From: Bacteroidia bacterium
GTDB lineage: Bacteria > Bacteroidota > Bacteroidia > M30B66
Reading direction: 5' to 3'
Length of the DNA: 64,000 nucleotides
Assembly (NCBI GenBank): GCA_018401705.1
Contig: JAGYKL010000001.1
Coordinates: 148,473-212,472, forward strand
Of this stretch, positions 21,300 through 30,576 are shown one piece after another. A model generated the notes under the pieces. It was given only the letters and a program-made list of their open reading frames with translations, was not told the DNA's origin and did no database searches. Both the position numbers and the translations under genes were made by a program. The number at the start of each line of letters is the position of its first letter. Position 1 is the first letter of the stretch.

Positions 21300-21315
21300 T
21301 GTGACTTACATCACA
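21300..21315. promoter_or_regulatory. CRP-type binding site TGTGA-N6-TCACA
   Basis: Perfect TGTGACTTACATCACA upstream of the TAAGTTTG -7 box (21271-21278, - strand). Confidence 0.8.
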
Positions 21316-21346
21316 AATAAATACAATTGTATATTTTGTTTAGCAA

Positions 21347-21381
21347 TAAAAAAAGCCCTCACTTGAAAAAGTGAGGGCTTT
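21347..21381 (-). terminator. Terminator of tRNA-His
   Basis: AAAGCCCTCACTT/AAGTGAGGGCTTT stem with an A-run. Confidence 0.85.
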
Positions 21382-21457
21382 GGGTGGCCAATGGGGATCG
21401 AACCCACGACCTCTAGATCCACAAACTAGCGCTCTAACCGACTGAGCTATGGCCACC
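21381..21457 (-). tRNA. tRNA-His (GTG)
   Basis: Reverse complement GGTGGCCATAGCTCAG...TTGTGGA...GGTTCGATCC..GGCCACCCA, with encoded G-1 and CCA. Confidence 0.97.
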
Positions 21458-21599
21458 GTATTGAGGGCGCAAATATAACAATCCTAACAATGCTGCAAAC
21501 GATGATGAAAAAAAAATCATTTAGATTGTTATTAAGCTGTTAAAAAATCAAGATACAGGCTTCTGACTTTTTTTTACATTTGTACTCTTAAATAATACT

Positions 21600-21755
21600 T
21601 TGGATCAACCTCCCTCTGAACCCCGATTGTGCAGCAAAACATTTTCTCAAGCTGCAAATAGCCGATCAACCTTTCAAGGGTTTGAGCGCATCTTAGCGCA
21701 TTTCGGCATAAATAACTTTGTTAAATCGTTAATAGATTACTCGCATGCTTGGTGA
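21600..21755 (+). promoter_or_regulatory. Putative leader uORF (51 aa, MDQPPSEP...) overlapping the corC-like start
   Basis: TTG start 17 nt after the TACATTTG box, open to TGA 21753; structured leader. Confidence 0.45.
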
Positions 21756-23055
21756 TGCTATAATTACTTTAGTGCTCGTGATCCTCAACGGATTTTTTGT
21801 AGCCGCAGAATTTGCAATCGTTAAAGTAAGACACTCGCAAATTGAATTAAAAGTGAGTCAGGGAAACTCAATTGCAAAAATCTCCAGTCATATATTAAAT
21901 CACCTAGACTCCTATTTAAGCGCTTGTCAATTAGGAATTACGTTGGCAAGTCTAGCCCTTGGTTGGATTGGTGAACGTGTGGTTGCCAATATGGTTTTAG
22001 CATTCTTACACAAGCTAGGATATGCAGCCGATCCTGTTGTTGCTCATTCTATTGCAATTCCAATTGCATTCAGCTTAATAACAGTACTTCATATTGTACT
22101 TGGTGAGCAAGTGCCTAAAACTGCCGCTATTAGAAATCCTCTTTCAACAACTTTGTTGGTGTCAATTCCGCTGAGAATTTTTTACGTTATTTTCATCCCT
22201 TTTATTTGGATGCTAAACGGTTTGTCAATAGCCACCTTAAAGTTATTAGGTTTAACAAAGGCAGACCATAGTGATATTCATACTGAGGAGGAACTTAGAA
22301 TGATACTCACCGAAAGTGAGGAAGGCGGAGCAATCAAACCATCTGAACATGAGCTTATTCAAAATGTATTTGAGTTCGACGATCGCGTTGTAAAACAAAT
22401 CTATGTGCCGCGTAACAGGGTTATAGCAATAGATATTGAAGATGATGCTGAAACCGTTGTAGCTAAAGTCATTGAAGAAGGTTATTCACGTTTGCCTGTT
22501 TTTAAAGATACTATCGACAACATAGTTGGGATTATTCACTCAAAAGATTTAATCAGACATATTCATACCAAATTGCCTGTTAAGATAGAAGCTTTGCTTA
22601 GGCCAGCTTATTTCATCCCCCTTTCTAAAAGGGTAAATGAATTACTAAGAGAGTTGCAACGACAACATATTCAAATGGCCATTGTAACCAACGAGTTTGG
22701 AGGAACCGAGGGCATTGTGACTATGGAAGATATCATCGAAGAATTAGTTGGTGAAATTCAAGATGAATATGATGAAGAAAAACCTGCTGTTGAAAAGAAA
22801 AGTGAAACCGAATACTTAGTCAACGCAACTTCTTCCATTAGTGACGTGAACGATTTGCTTCCTATCGCGTTAGAAGAAAGTAACGAATATGAAACCGTTT
22901 CGGGATTAGTAAATCAATTATTCAACGGCATACCTGCCGTGAATGAAAAAAAAGAGTTCGGAGGTTACCTAATAACCATTGTTAAACGCTTTAAGCATAG
23001 TGTTGAACAAGTTAAACTTGAAGTAGTCGATAAAGACTCAGTGCATACAGACTAA
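21745..23055 (+). CDS. Hemolysin-family CNNM/CBS/CorC transporter
   Basis: NGFFVAAEFAIV, CQLGITLASLALGWIGE, YSRLPV, EFGGTEGIVTMEDIIEE. Confidence 0.93.
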   Translation: MLGDAIITLVLVILNGFFVAAEFAIVKVRHSQIELKVSQGNSIAKISSHILNHLDSYLSACQLGITLASLALGWIGERVVANMVLAFLHKLGYAADPVVAHSIAIPIAFSLITVLHIVLGEQVPKTAAIRNPLSTTLLVSIPLRIFYVIFIPFIWMLNGLSIATLKLLGLTKADHSDIHTEEELRMILTESEEGGAIKPSEHELIQNVFEFDDRVVKQIYVPRNRVIAIDIEDDAETVVAKVIEEGYSRLPVFKDTIDNIVGIIHSKDLIRHIHTKLPVKIEALLRPAYFIPLSKRVNELLRELQRQHIQMAIVTNEFGGTEGIVTMEDIIEELVGEIQDEYDEEKPAVEKKSETEYLVNATSSISDVNDLLPIALEESNEYETVSGLVNQLFNGIPAVNEKKEFGGYLITIVKRFKHSVEQVKLEVVDKDSVHTD

Positions 23056-23060
23056 AAATT

Positions 23061-25184
23061 ATGAAATCAGATTCTCCGCATGAAGTGCTAACAGTCGAAG
23101 GAATGACTTGCGCTAATTGTGCTCAGGGAATTAGAAATGTTCTCAAGAACAAGGGCCTCACTGATGTTGAAGTGAGCTTTGCAGCAGGAGAAGTTAACTA
23201 CACTCCAATTGAATCTTATTCTATCGAGGAAATAACAAAAGACATTCATGGCTTGGGCTACCGCGTGGTTGATGCCGATACTCCTGTCAAACAAGGAATG
23301 AGCACTACAGAAAAAAGGTTTTTGTTTAGCCTTATTTTCACCATTCCTCTCTTTGCACATATGTTTGTTGATTGGCACCCACTCCATAATGCTTGGGTGC
23401 AATTTGCATTGAGCCTGCCAGTAATGATTGTTGGCTTGTTTTATTTTGGTAAAAGTGCTTTCAATTCATTGAGAAGTGGAGTTCCCAATATGGATGTGCT
23501 CATCACTATTGGCTCGTCATCGGCATTCATATATAGTATTTGGGGAACAATTGCTTATCAGGGTAGTGAAAAAGCCAACGATTTCTTGTTTTTCGAAACT
23601 GCAGCAACCATAATAACTTTAGTGCTTCTTGGTAATGTTATTGAGCAACGCTCAGTAAAACAAACAGGAAGTGCAATTAAGTCACTAGGGAAAATACAAG
23701 CAGGCTTTGCCCGAAAAGTTGAACAGCATGATGAGCATGAACATGTTACTGAAATTCCTGCCGATTTGGTTAAACCCGGCGATTTACTACAAGTAAATGA
23801 AGGTGATAAAATTGTTGCTGATGGTATTATTCTAGAAGGTGAAACAACTGTAAATGAAGCTCTTTTAACTGGCGAAAGTTTACCGGTTGAAAAGTCTAAA
23901 GGAGATAAAGTAACCGGCGGAACAATCTGCCTTCAAGGAAATTTTCGTTTTCGAGCTTTAAAAGCAGGCAAGGATACGGTACTGGCTCAAATCATCGAAT
24001 TAGTCAAGAAAGCCCAAACTGGGCAGCCCGATATTCAAAGAATTGGAGATAAAGTGAGTGCTGTTTTTGTGCCGGTTGTCACCGGGATAGCTCTTTTAAC
24101 TTTTCTTACAAGCTATTTCTTAATCGATTTAGGAGCTCAAGAAGCAATTATGCGAGCAATTGCCGTTTTGGTAATTTCTTGCCCTTGCGCCATGGGCTTG
24201 GCAACTCCAACTGCGGTGATGTCGGGAATTGGGCGCTCTGCCAAAAGCGGAATTCTCTTTCGCGACGGAAAAGTAATTGAGCAGCTCGCTAAAGTGGATA
24301 CAGTGGTTTTTGATAAAACAGGCACACTCACAACAGGCAATTTCAGCATCTCTGAATTAAACATCTATGGAGATTACAGTGAAGAAGAAATCCACTCCAT
24401 TCTACTTTCCTTAAGTAGTAAATCGGCTCATCCAATTTCAAAATCACTCGTACGCGAATTAAAAGGCAAGAAGGCTGATTTAAAAGACATAAAAGAAGTT
24501 AAAGGCCTCGGAATGACAGGCATTAATTTGCATGGAGATCTATTAAAAATGGGTTCAGTAAAAATACTTAGCGATGAGCCTAAACATGCAAACTATGATT
24601 TGTATTTAACCCTAAACGAAACATGCATTTCGTCGCTAAAACTTCAAGATGAGATAAAACCCGATGCTCGTGAGGCTGTTCAGGAGCTAAATGCAATGGG
24701 ACTAAAAACGGTTTTGCTGAGTGGAGACCATGAATACAAATGCTCATTGGTGGCTGAGAAGTTGGGTATCAAAGAATTTTACTCTAGTCAATCGCCCGAA
24801 CAGAAGCTGAATGTAATTGAGAGACTCAAAGAATCTTCAAAAGTGGCAATGATTGGTGATGGAATTAATGATGCACCTGCTCTTAACCTTTCGGATGTTG
24901 GAATCTCCATTTCTGACTCGAGCGAAGTAGCAAGGAACTCAGCTAAATTAATAGTGCTTAACGAATCAGGGTTACTTGCTGTTCCAAAAGCGATGAAACT
25001 AAGCCGACTGAGCCTGCGTACAATTCATCAAAACTTATTCTGGGCATTTTTTTACAATGTAATTGCGATACCTATAGCTGCCGCTGGACTATTAAATCCA
25101 ATGGTTGCAGCATTTTCAATGGCCTTCTCTGATGTTGTTGTAATTGGAAATTCTATACTGTTGCAATTTAGAAAATTGAAATAA
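23061..25184 (+). CDS. Heavy-metal P1B-type ATPase, Cu(I)/CopA-like
   Basis: GMTCANC HMA domain, TGES, CPC, DKTGT, GDGINDAP, YN and MxxS ligands. Confidence 0.92.
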   Translation: MKSDSPHEVLTVEGMTCANCAQGIRNVLKNKGLTDVEVSFAAGEVNYTPIESYSIEEITKDIHGLGYRVVDADTPVKQGMSTTEKRFLFSLIFTIPLFAHMFVDWHPLHNAWVQFALSLPVMIVGLFYFGKSAFNSLRSGVPNMDVLITIGSSSAFIYSIWGTIAYQGSEKANDFLFFETAATIITLVLLGNVIEQRSVKQTGSAIKSLGKIQAGFARKVEQHDEHEHVTEIPADLVKPGDLLQVNEGDKIVADGIILEGETTVNEALLTGESLPVEKSKGDKVTGGTICLQGNFRFRALKAGKDTVLAQIIELVKKAQTGQPDIQRIGDKVSAVFVPVVTGIALLTFLTSYFLIDLGAQEAIMRAIAVLVISCPCAMGLATPTAVMSGIGRSAKSGILFRDGKVIEQLAKVDTVVFDKTGTLTTGNFSISELNIYGDYSEEEIHSILLSLSSKSAHPISKSLVRELKGKKADLKDIKEVKGLGMTGINLHGDLLKMGSVKILSDEPKHANYDLYLTLNETCISSLKLQDEIKPDAREAVQELNAMGLKTVLLSGDHEYKCSLVAEKLGIKEFYSSQSPEQKLNVIERLKESSKVAMIGDGINDAPALNLSDVGISISDSSEVARNSAKLIVLNESGLLAVPKAMKLSRLSLRTIHQNLFWAFFYNVIAIPIAAAGLLNPMVAAFSMAFSDVVVIGNSILLQFRKLK

Positions 25185-25220
25185 GAATATAGAAATCTTC
25201 TATTTTCGCTCAAATAGTTT

Positions 25221-26387
25221 GTGATGAACATACTCTTTCTGGCTTCTTGGTATCCTACTGAAAAAAATCCTTTGTTAGGTATTTTCATTCAGCGCCATGC
25301 ACTTGCTGTTTCCCGATTTCATCAGGTTACCGTTTTGCATGCTGTTGCAGATATCGAAATGAAAGAGGGAGAATTTAGGATAGCAAAGCAAGAATCAGAG
25401 AGTTTTAGAGAGATAATCATTTATTTCGGAAAATCTTCAAGTTCAGGCAAGATTAGTAAGTTCTTAAAACAAAACTCATTACTTAAAAAACACTATAAGT
25501 TCGGCGCAGAAAAGGTCGAACAGTGGTATGGCAAACCTGATATTGTGCACCTTAACGTGCCCTGGCCACTCGGTAATATCGCTATCGAATTAAATAATAA
25601 GTGGAAAAGCAAACTAATTGTATCTGAACATTGGACAGGTTATCAACCTGAAGATGGAAGGTTCAAAGGCTTTTTCATGAAGTGGCTTACTGCTCGAACT
25701 TTAAAGAAAGCAAGTTTTGTCCTTCCTGTTAGTGAGCAACTGATGGCTGCAATGAAGCGACATGGCTTAAAAGGAAATTACGAAGTGCTTCCAAACGTGG
25801 TTGACGACCAGCTTTTCATTTCCGCCGAAGGCGAAAAACCTACAAGAAAACTCATTCATGTTTCGGTAATCGACGATAAGCAGAAGAATGTAAGTGGCTT
25901 ACTCAAAGCATTTAAGAAAATTCATCATAAATACCCGGATGTTTCATTAACCATTGTTGGTGGCGGCCCTGATGAAAGTGCTATAAAGCGTTTGTCAAAC
26001 GAATTAGGATTAACATTCAGGGGTGTAGAATTCAAAGGCAGTTTAACAGGAACTGATTTGGTAAGTGAATTTCAAAAAGCTTCAGCCTTAGTGATGAATT
26101 CGAGATTCGAGAATCAACCGGTGGTAATCTTGGAAGCCTTATGCTGTGGTTTGCCTGTTATTGCACCTTCAATTGGTGGGATTCCCGAAATAATCAACAG
26201 TAAAAACGGGATTCTTTTTGAAGCTGAAAACGAAAATGCTTTGGTAGATGCCTTTGAACAGTGGCTCCGCGATGATGATTCATTCAATCGCACTAACATT
26301 CGTCTAGATGCTGTTGCAAATTTCGGAGCTTACGCTGTTGGAGAAATGCTGAGTAAAATCTATTTAAAAGCAACGGGCAAATGCTAA
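25221..26387 (+). CDS. Glycosyltransferase family 4
   Basis: SWYP N-terminus, ENQPVVILEAL..GLPVI. Confidence 0.9.
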   Translation: MMNILFLASWYPTEKNPLLGIFIQRHALAVSRFHQVTVLHAVADIEMKEGEFRIAKQESESFREIIIYFGKSSSSGKISKFLKQNSLLKKHYKFGAEKVEQWYGKPDIVHLNVPWPLGNIAIELNNKWKSKLIVSEHWTGYQPEDGRFKGFFMKWLTARTLKKASFVLPVSEQLMAAMKRHGLKGNYEVLPNVVDDQLFISAEGEKPTRKLIHVSVIDDKQKNVSGLLKAFKKIHHKYPDVSLTIVGGGPDESAIKRLSNELGLTFRGVEFKGSLTGTDLVSEFQKASALVMNSRFENQPVVILEALCCGLPVIAPSIGGIPEIINSKNGILFEAENENALVDAFEQWLRDDDSFNRTNIRLDAVANFGAYAVGEMLSKIYLKATGKC

Positions 26388-27643
26388 GACTCATGCTGAT
26401 GACCTTTGTGAGCCGCCTTGCAACTGCAGTGGTGAACTTTGGTACAATCATGCTTTTGTCGCGAAAACTTGGTCCCGAAGGAAAAGGATTAGCAACACTT
26501 ATGCTTGTTATCGTAATTAGCGTTCAGCTTATTTGCGACTTTATGGGCGGGGCAGCCATGGTTTATTTGGCTCCCAGATACAGACTTAGAAATCTTCTTA
26601 TCCCTTCGTGGGTGTGGACTAGCTTTTGGTCTCTCTTAGCTCCATTGATTGTATTTCTGGTTCGCCCCGATTTGTATGATTACTATGGATGGCACATTGC
26701 CGGATTATCTTTTCTAAACGCCAGTATGAATCAGCAATTTCATTTGCTAAATGGAAGGGAAAAGTTTAATCATGTGAACGCACTAAATCTCTTGATTGCC
26801 GTTTTGGTAGTGAGTTCATTATCGTATTTTATCTGGAACGACCCTGAGCCAATTCATTATGTTTACGCGCTTTACGCGGGATGGCTTCCCGGTTGGATTA
26901 TCTCACTCTTGATGCTCCTTCAACTGCCAAAGGCAGGAGATTCAATCGGAATTAAGAAGTCACTAAAAGCCCTCCTCACCTACTCCTCTGCTAATCAGTT
27001 TGGGCATTTACTTCAGTTTTCTTCCCAAAGAATTGCCTATTTCCTACTTCCTGCATTTAGCTTAGGGATTTATTCGAATGCTGTTTCCCTTGCTGAAGCC
27101 ATGTGGATGCTTTCAACCAGCATTGCCACTATTCAGTATGGAAAAATTGCGAATTCGGATAGTAAAGTAGAAGCAATCAAATTAACCTTGCCATTGTTTA
27201 GGGCAAGTATGCTTGTTACTCTTGTAGCAGGAAGTACATTATGTCTTATGCCGGCTTCTCTTTACGGCTTGTTGTTTGGCGATGCCTTTATTCCTGTAAA
27301 GCAAAACCTACTCATTCTACTTCCAGGTGTGGTAGCAATTTCGGGTTATTTAATCTTGGGTCACTATTTTTCGGGCACAGGCCAATTCAAGAAAAACAAC
27401 AAAGCCATTGCTTCAGGGCTGGTGATAACAGTGATTGGTTTTGGTTGGCTTGCAATTCATTATGGCGAAAACTTATCAGAACACCACGCTGCTCTTGTAA
27501 CAACGCTTGCCAACATCACAACTTTTATAGCAGTGATTTATCTCTTCAAAAAAGATAGCGGAATTAAGTTGAAGGAATTAAGTCCCAGAAAATCAGATTT
27601 TACCTCTTTGTTTAAACGCCTTAGAAACAGAAACGCGATTTAG
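26381..27643 (+). CDS. Polysaccharide flippase (Wzx-like)
   Basis: About 12 TM helices, SRKLGPEGKG, LGIYSNAVSLAE. Confidence 0.82.
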   Translation: MLRLMLMTFVSRLATAVVNFGTIMLLSRKLGPEGKGLATLMLVIVISVQLICDFMGGAAMVYLAPRYRLRNLLIPSWVWTSFWSLLAPLIVFLVRPDLYDYYGWHIAGLSFLNASMNQQFHLLNGREKFNHVNALNLLIAVLVVSSLSYFIWNDPEPIHYVYALYAGWLPGWIISLLMLLQLPKAGDSIGIKKSLKALLTYSSANQFGHLLQFSSQRIAYFLLPAFSLGIYSNAVSLAEAMWMLSTSIATIQYGKIANSDSKVEAIKLTLPLFRASMLVTLVAGSTLCLMPASLYGLLFGDAFIPVKQNLLILLPGVVAISGYLILGHYFSGTGQFKKNNKAIASGLVITVIGFGWLAIHYGENLSEHHAALVTTLANITTFIAVIYLFKKDSGIKLKELSPRKSDFTSLFKRLRNRNAI

Positions 27644-27715
27644 GTTTGCTTCTACTTTTCATTAATCTTCAATCAAAAGAGATAAATGCCCTACATTGCA
27701 ACGCGCAATTGGATT

Positions 27716-28528
27716 ATGTCTGGTTTTAAAAGAAAGTCATCAAAATTCCTTAGGGCTATTTCAGCCGTTATTAAAAACCCTCTTCTGCTAAATGCTGTGC
27801 TTGATCAGGAAGATGAGCACCGCGATTTTATGCTGCAAATCAAGGAGCTTGACAATGGCTTTCCAGAAATAGAATTTAATGATTTATTGGAAGATGAAAT
27901 TTCAGTCAAGCCTTTTGCATTCCTTGATGGCGGCTCCTTGCCAACCGATCTTGCTTTACTCAAGCTGTTAGCAAAGAAATTCAAAGCAAAAAACTACTTC
28001 GAAATTGGAACTTGGCGAGGTGAAAGCGTAAGAAACGTTGCCGACGTTGTTGAAGAATGCTACTCCCTAAATCTTTCAGATGAAGAAATAAAGTCCCGCG
28101 GCATGTCTGATGAATACATCGGCCTGCACAGGCATTTCTCAAAAAACAACCCACGCATTACACACCTTTTTGGTGATTCAAGATCATTCGACTTTTCGCA
28201 ATATGAAGGAAAATTCGATTTAGTGTTTGTTGACGGTGATCACCATTTCGATTCGGTAGTTCATGATACACAAACAGCATTTAGACTAATTTCCGAAAAG
28301 GGAATTATCGTTTGGCACGACTATTCAAACTCGCCCGAATCAACACGCTGGAATGTAGCTCATGCAATCTGGAAAGGCTGCCCACCCGATAAGCGAAAAT
28401 ACCTACGTGCTGTTTCTCATACGCTTTGCGCAGTGTTTATGACCCAGGAAATGAGTTCTAAGACCAGACGATACCCCAAAAGTCCCGAATCTGGATTTGA
28501 GATTTGTATAAAAAAGCCCTCTTCCTAA
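27716..28528 (+). CDS. Class I SAM-dependent methyltransferase (Methyltransf_24-like)
   Basis: FEIGTWRG, FDLVFVDGDH, IVWHDY. Confidence 0.88.
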   Translation: MSGFKRKSSKFLRAISAVIKNPLLLNAVLDQEDEHRDFMLQIKELDNGFPEIEFNDLLEDEISVKPFAFLDGGSLPTDLALLKLLAKKFKAKNYFEIGTWRGESVRNVADVVEECYSLNLSDEEIKSRGMSDEYIGLHRHFSKNNPRITHLFGDSRSFDFSQYEGKFDLVFVDGDHHFDSVVHDTQTAFRLISEKGIIVWHDYSNSPESTRWNVAHAIWKGCPPDKRKYLRAVSHTLCAVFMTQEMSSKTRRYPKSPESGFEICIKKPSS

Positions 28529-28531
28529 GCT

Positions 28532-30490
28532 ATGTGCGGCATTGCAGGTATAGTTTCTAAAAAAGCACTTAACAGCTCTATTCTGTTGAAAATGAGCGAA
28601 AAGATGAGTCATCGGGGTCCCGATGGAGAAGGCTTTACCTTGCTCGAAAACAGTAAATTTATCCCCTATTCAGGTATACAAACGCCTGAAGAATGCAAGA
28701 ACCGCGACCTTGAATTTTCTCCCAAGAGTGTTTTAGCTCATCATCAGGAGTTCAATACCGCCTTTATTCACAGGCGTTTAGCAATTATCGATACCCATCA
28801 CACTGGCCATCAACCTATGTGCAATCAAGATGCAAGTATCTGGATTACCTACAACGGCGAAATTTACAATTACATTGAGCTTCGTGCTGAACTTCAAAAG
28901 GCCGGTTTTAGTTTCAAAACCCAAAGCGATACAGAAGTAATTCTGGCTGCTTACCAACTCTGGGGCAAAGATTGTCTGAACCATTTCAACGGAATGTGGG
29001 CTTTTGCAATTGCAGATTTAAATCAAAATAAATTGTTCATTGCCAGAGACCGTTTTGCAGTAAAACCGCTTTACTATTACACTGATGATGATGTTTTCAT
29101 GTTCGCTTCAGAACAAAAAATCATTTTGCATTCGGGCTTGCTTAAAGCCGAAGTAAATCCTGAAGCAGTATTTGATTATTTCACTTTCGGCGAAATTGAG
29201 TATCAAACAAAGGGTTTCTTTAAAAGTATTGATGAACTTTTTGGAGGGCACTATATTGAGACATCACTCAGCAATCCTAAGATTGAGCCTCAACAATGGT
29301 ATAATTTGAATTATGTTGCCGACAATGCTGAAAAGCAAGATTTTTCAGTCGACAAAATCAGCGAGCTTATAAGTGATGCGGTTAAGTTGCGCCTAAGGGC
29401 GGATGTAGAAGTGGGTTCTTGCCTTAGCGGCGGATTGGATTCCTCAGCCATAGTTGGCTACATGAATAAACATTTGCAGGGAAAGCCTTTTCATGTGTTT
29501 ACTGCTACTTTCCCGGGATTAGATGTTGATGAAGGCCATTGGGCAAAATTAGCTGCTGAAAATACATCTGCCGAAAGGCATGAGAGTCATCCCGATAGGC
29601 AAGGTTTGATTTTAGATCTTGAAGAGCTTACTTATGCTCAAGACATTCCAATTTGGTCTACTAGCACATATGCGCAGTTTAAAGTTATGAAACTGGTTAA
29701 TGAGCTTGGTGTTAGGGTTGTTTTGGATGGACAAGGAGGCGATGAAATTTTTGGTGGTTATCATCCTCATGAGTACTTTCTCATGAAAGGAATGAGCTTT
29801 CCAGAAAGGTTAAAGTATATGTTATCTTCGAAAGAAGGGAATTTGTTTGGTTTTTACGCTAAACAAAAACTTCGTTTTGATACCGCTTTTAAGTTACCCA
29901 ACTCCCTTAGCAAAGGCATTTTCAGCAAGTATTTCAAAGATCTTAGTTTCTTAAATAAAGATTTCTATAATGCATATCCAAGCCGTTTCACGGCGGAATT
30001 CCACCCAGCTGGAAATAACCTCAACGAGCGACTCTCATTGGAAATGCAAAATACCTCACTTAAGGCTTTCCTCAAATGCGAGGATCGTTGCTCAATGTGG
30101 CACTCTGTAGAATCAAGAACACCATTCTCTGATGACCATCATCTGATTGAGTATTTATTTTCCATCCCCGGTAGGGAAAAAATAAAAAACCATCAGCTAA
30201 AATACCTACTAAGAGAAGCTGCAGGTGACTATATTCCTGAGAAAATTAAAAACAGACAAGACAAACAAGGCTATACTACTCCAAACAAAAAATGGATTTC
30301 AGAAATAGCTCCTGAATTCAAAGAGATTTTTAACGACAACCTAAGCGACTACTTAAATGTGGATTTGCTGCTTGCAGAATACAAGCAGTTCTTTGGAAAA
30401 GACACGCCAATTGCCGAAAACCGCATGTTCAAATTCCTAAGTTTTGCTATGTGGCACAAAGTTTTTATCGCAGAATTTGCAGATAAATAA
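28532..30490 (+). CDS. asnB: Asparagine synthase (glutamine-hydrolysing)-family amidotransferase
   Basis: MCGIAG, HRGPD, YNGEIYN, LSGGLDSS, DGQGGDE; lies in a glycan locus. Confidence 0.92.
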   Translation: MCGIAGIVSKKALNSSILLKMSEKMSHRGPDGEGFTLLENSKFIPYSGIQTPEECKNRDLEFSPKSVLAHHQEFNTAFIHRRLAIIDTHHTGHQPMCNQDASIWITYNGEIYNYIELRAELQKAGFSFKTQSDTEVILAAYQLWGKDCLNHFNGMWAFAIADLNQNKLFIARDRFAVKPLYYYTDDDVFMFASEQKIILHSGLLKAEVNPEAVFDYFTFGEIEYQTKGFFKSIDELFGGHYIETSLSNPKIEPQQWYNLNYVADNAEKQDFSVDKISELISDAVKLRLRADVEVGSCLSGGLDSSAIVGYMNKHLQGKPFHVFTATFPGLDVDEGHWAKLAAENTSAERHESHPDRQGLILDLEELTYAQDIPIWSTSTYAQFKVMKLVNELGVRVVLDGQGGDEIFGGYHPHEYFLMKGMSFPERLKYMLSSKEGNLFGFYAKQKLRFDTAFKLPNSLSKGIFSKYFKDLSFLNKDFYNAYPSRFTAEFHPAGNNLNERLSLEMQNTSLKAFLKCEDRCSMWHSVESRTPFSDDHHLIEYLFSIPGREKIKNHQLKYLLREAAGDYIPEKIKNRQDKQGYTTPNKKWISEIAPEFKEIFNDNLSDYLNVDLLLAEYKQFFGKDTPIAENRMFKFLSFAMWHKVFIAEFADK

Positions 30491-30576
30491 TCCGAGGCAA
30501 ACCTTTTTATGTTATGTTTTGTTTATTCAATTAATCATTAGATTTGCGGTTTGAGGATAATTAACAAAAACATCAC

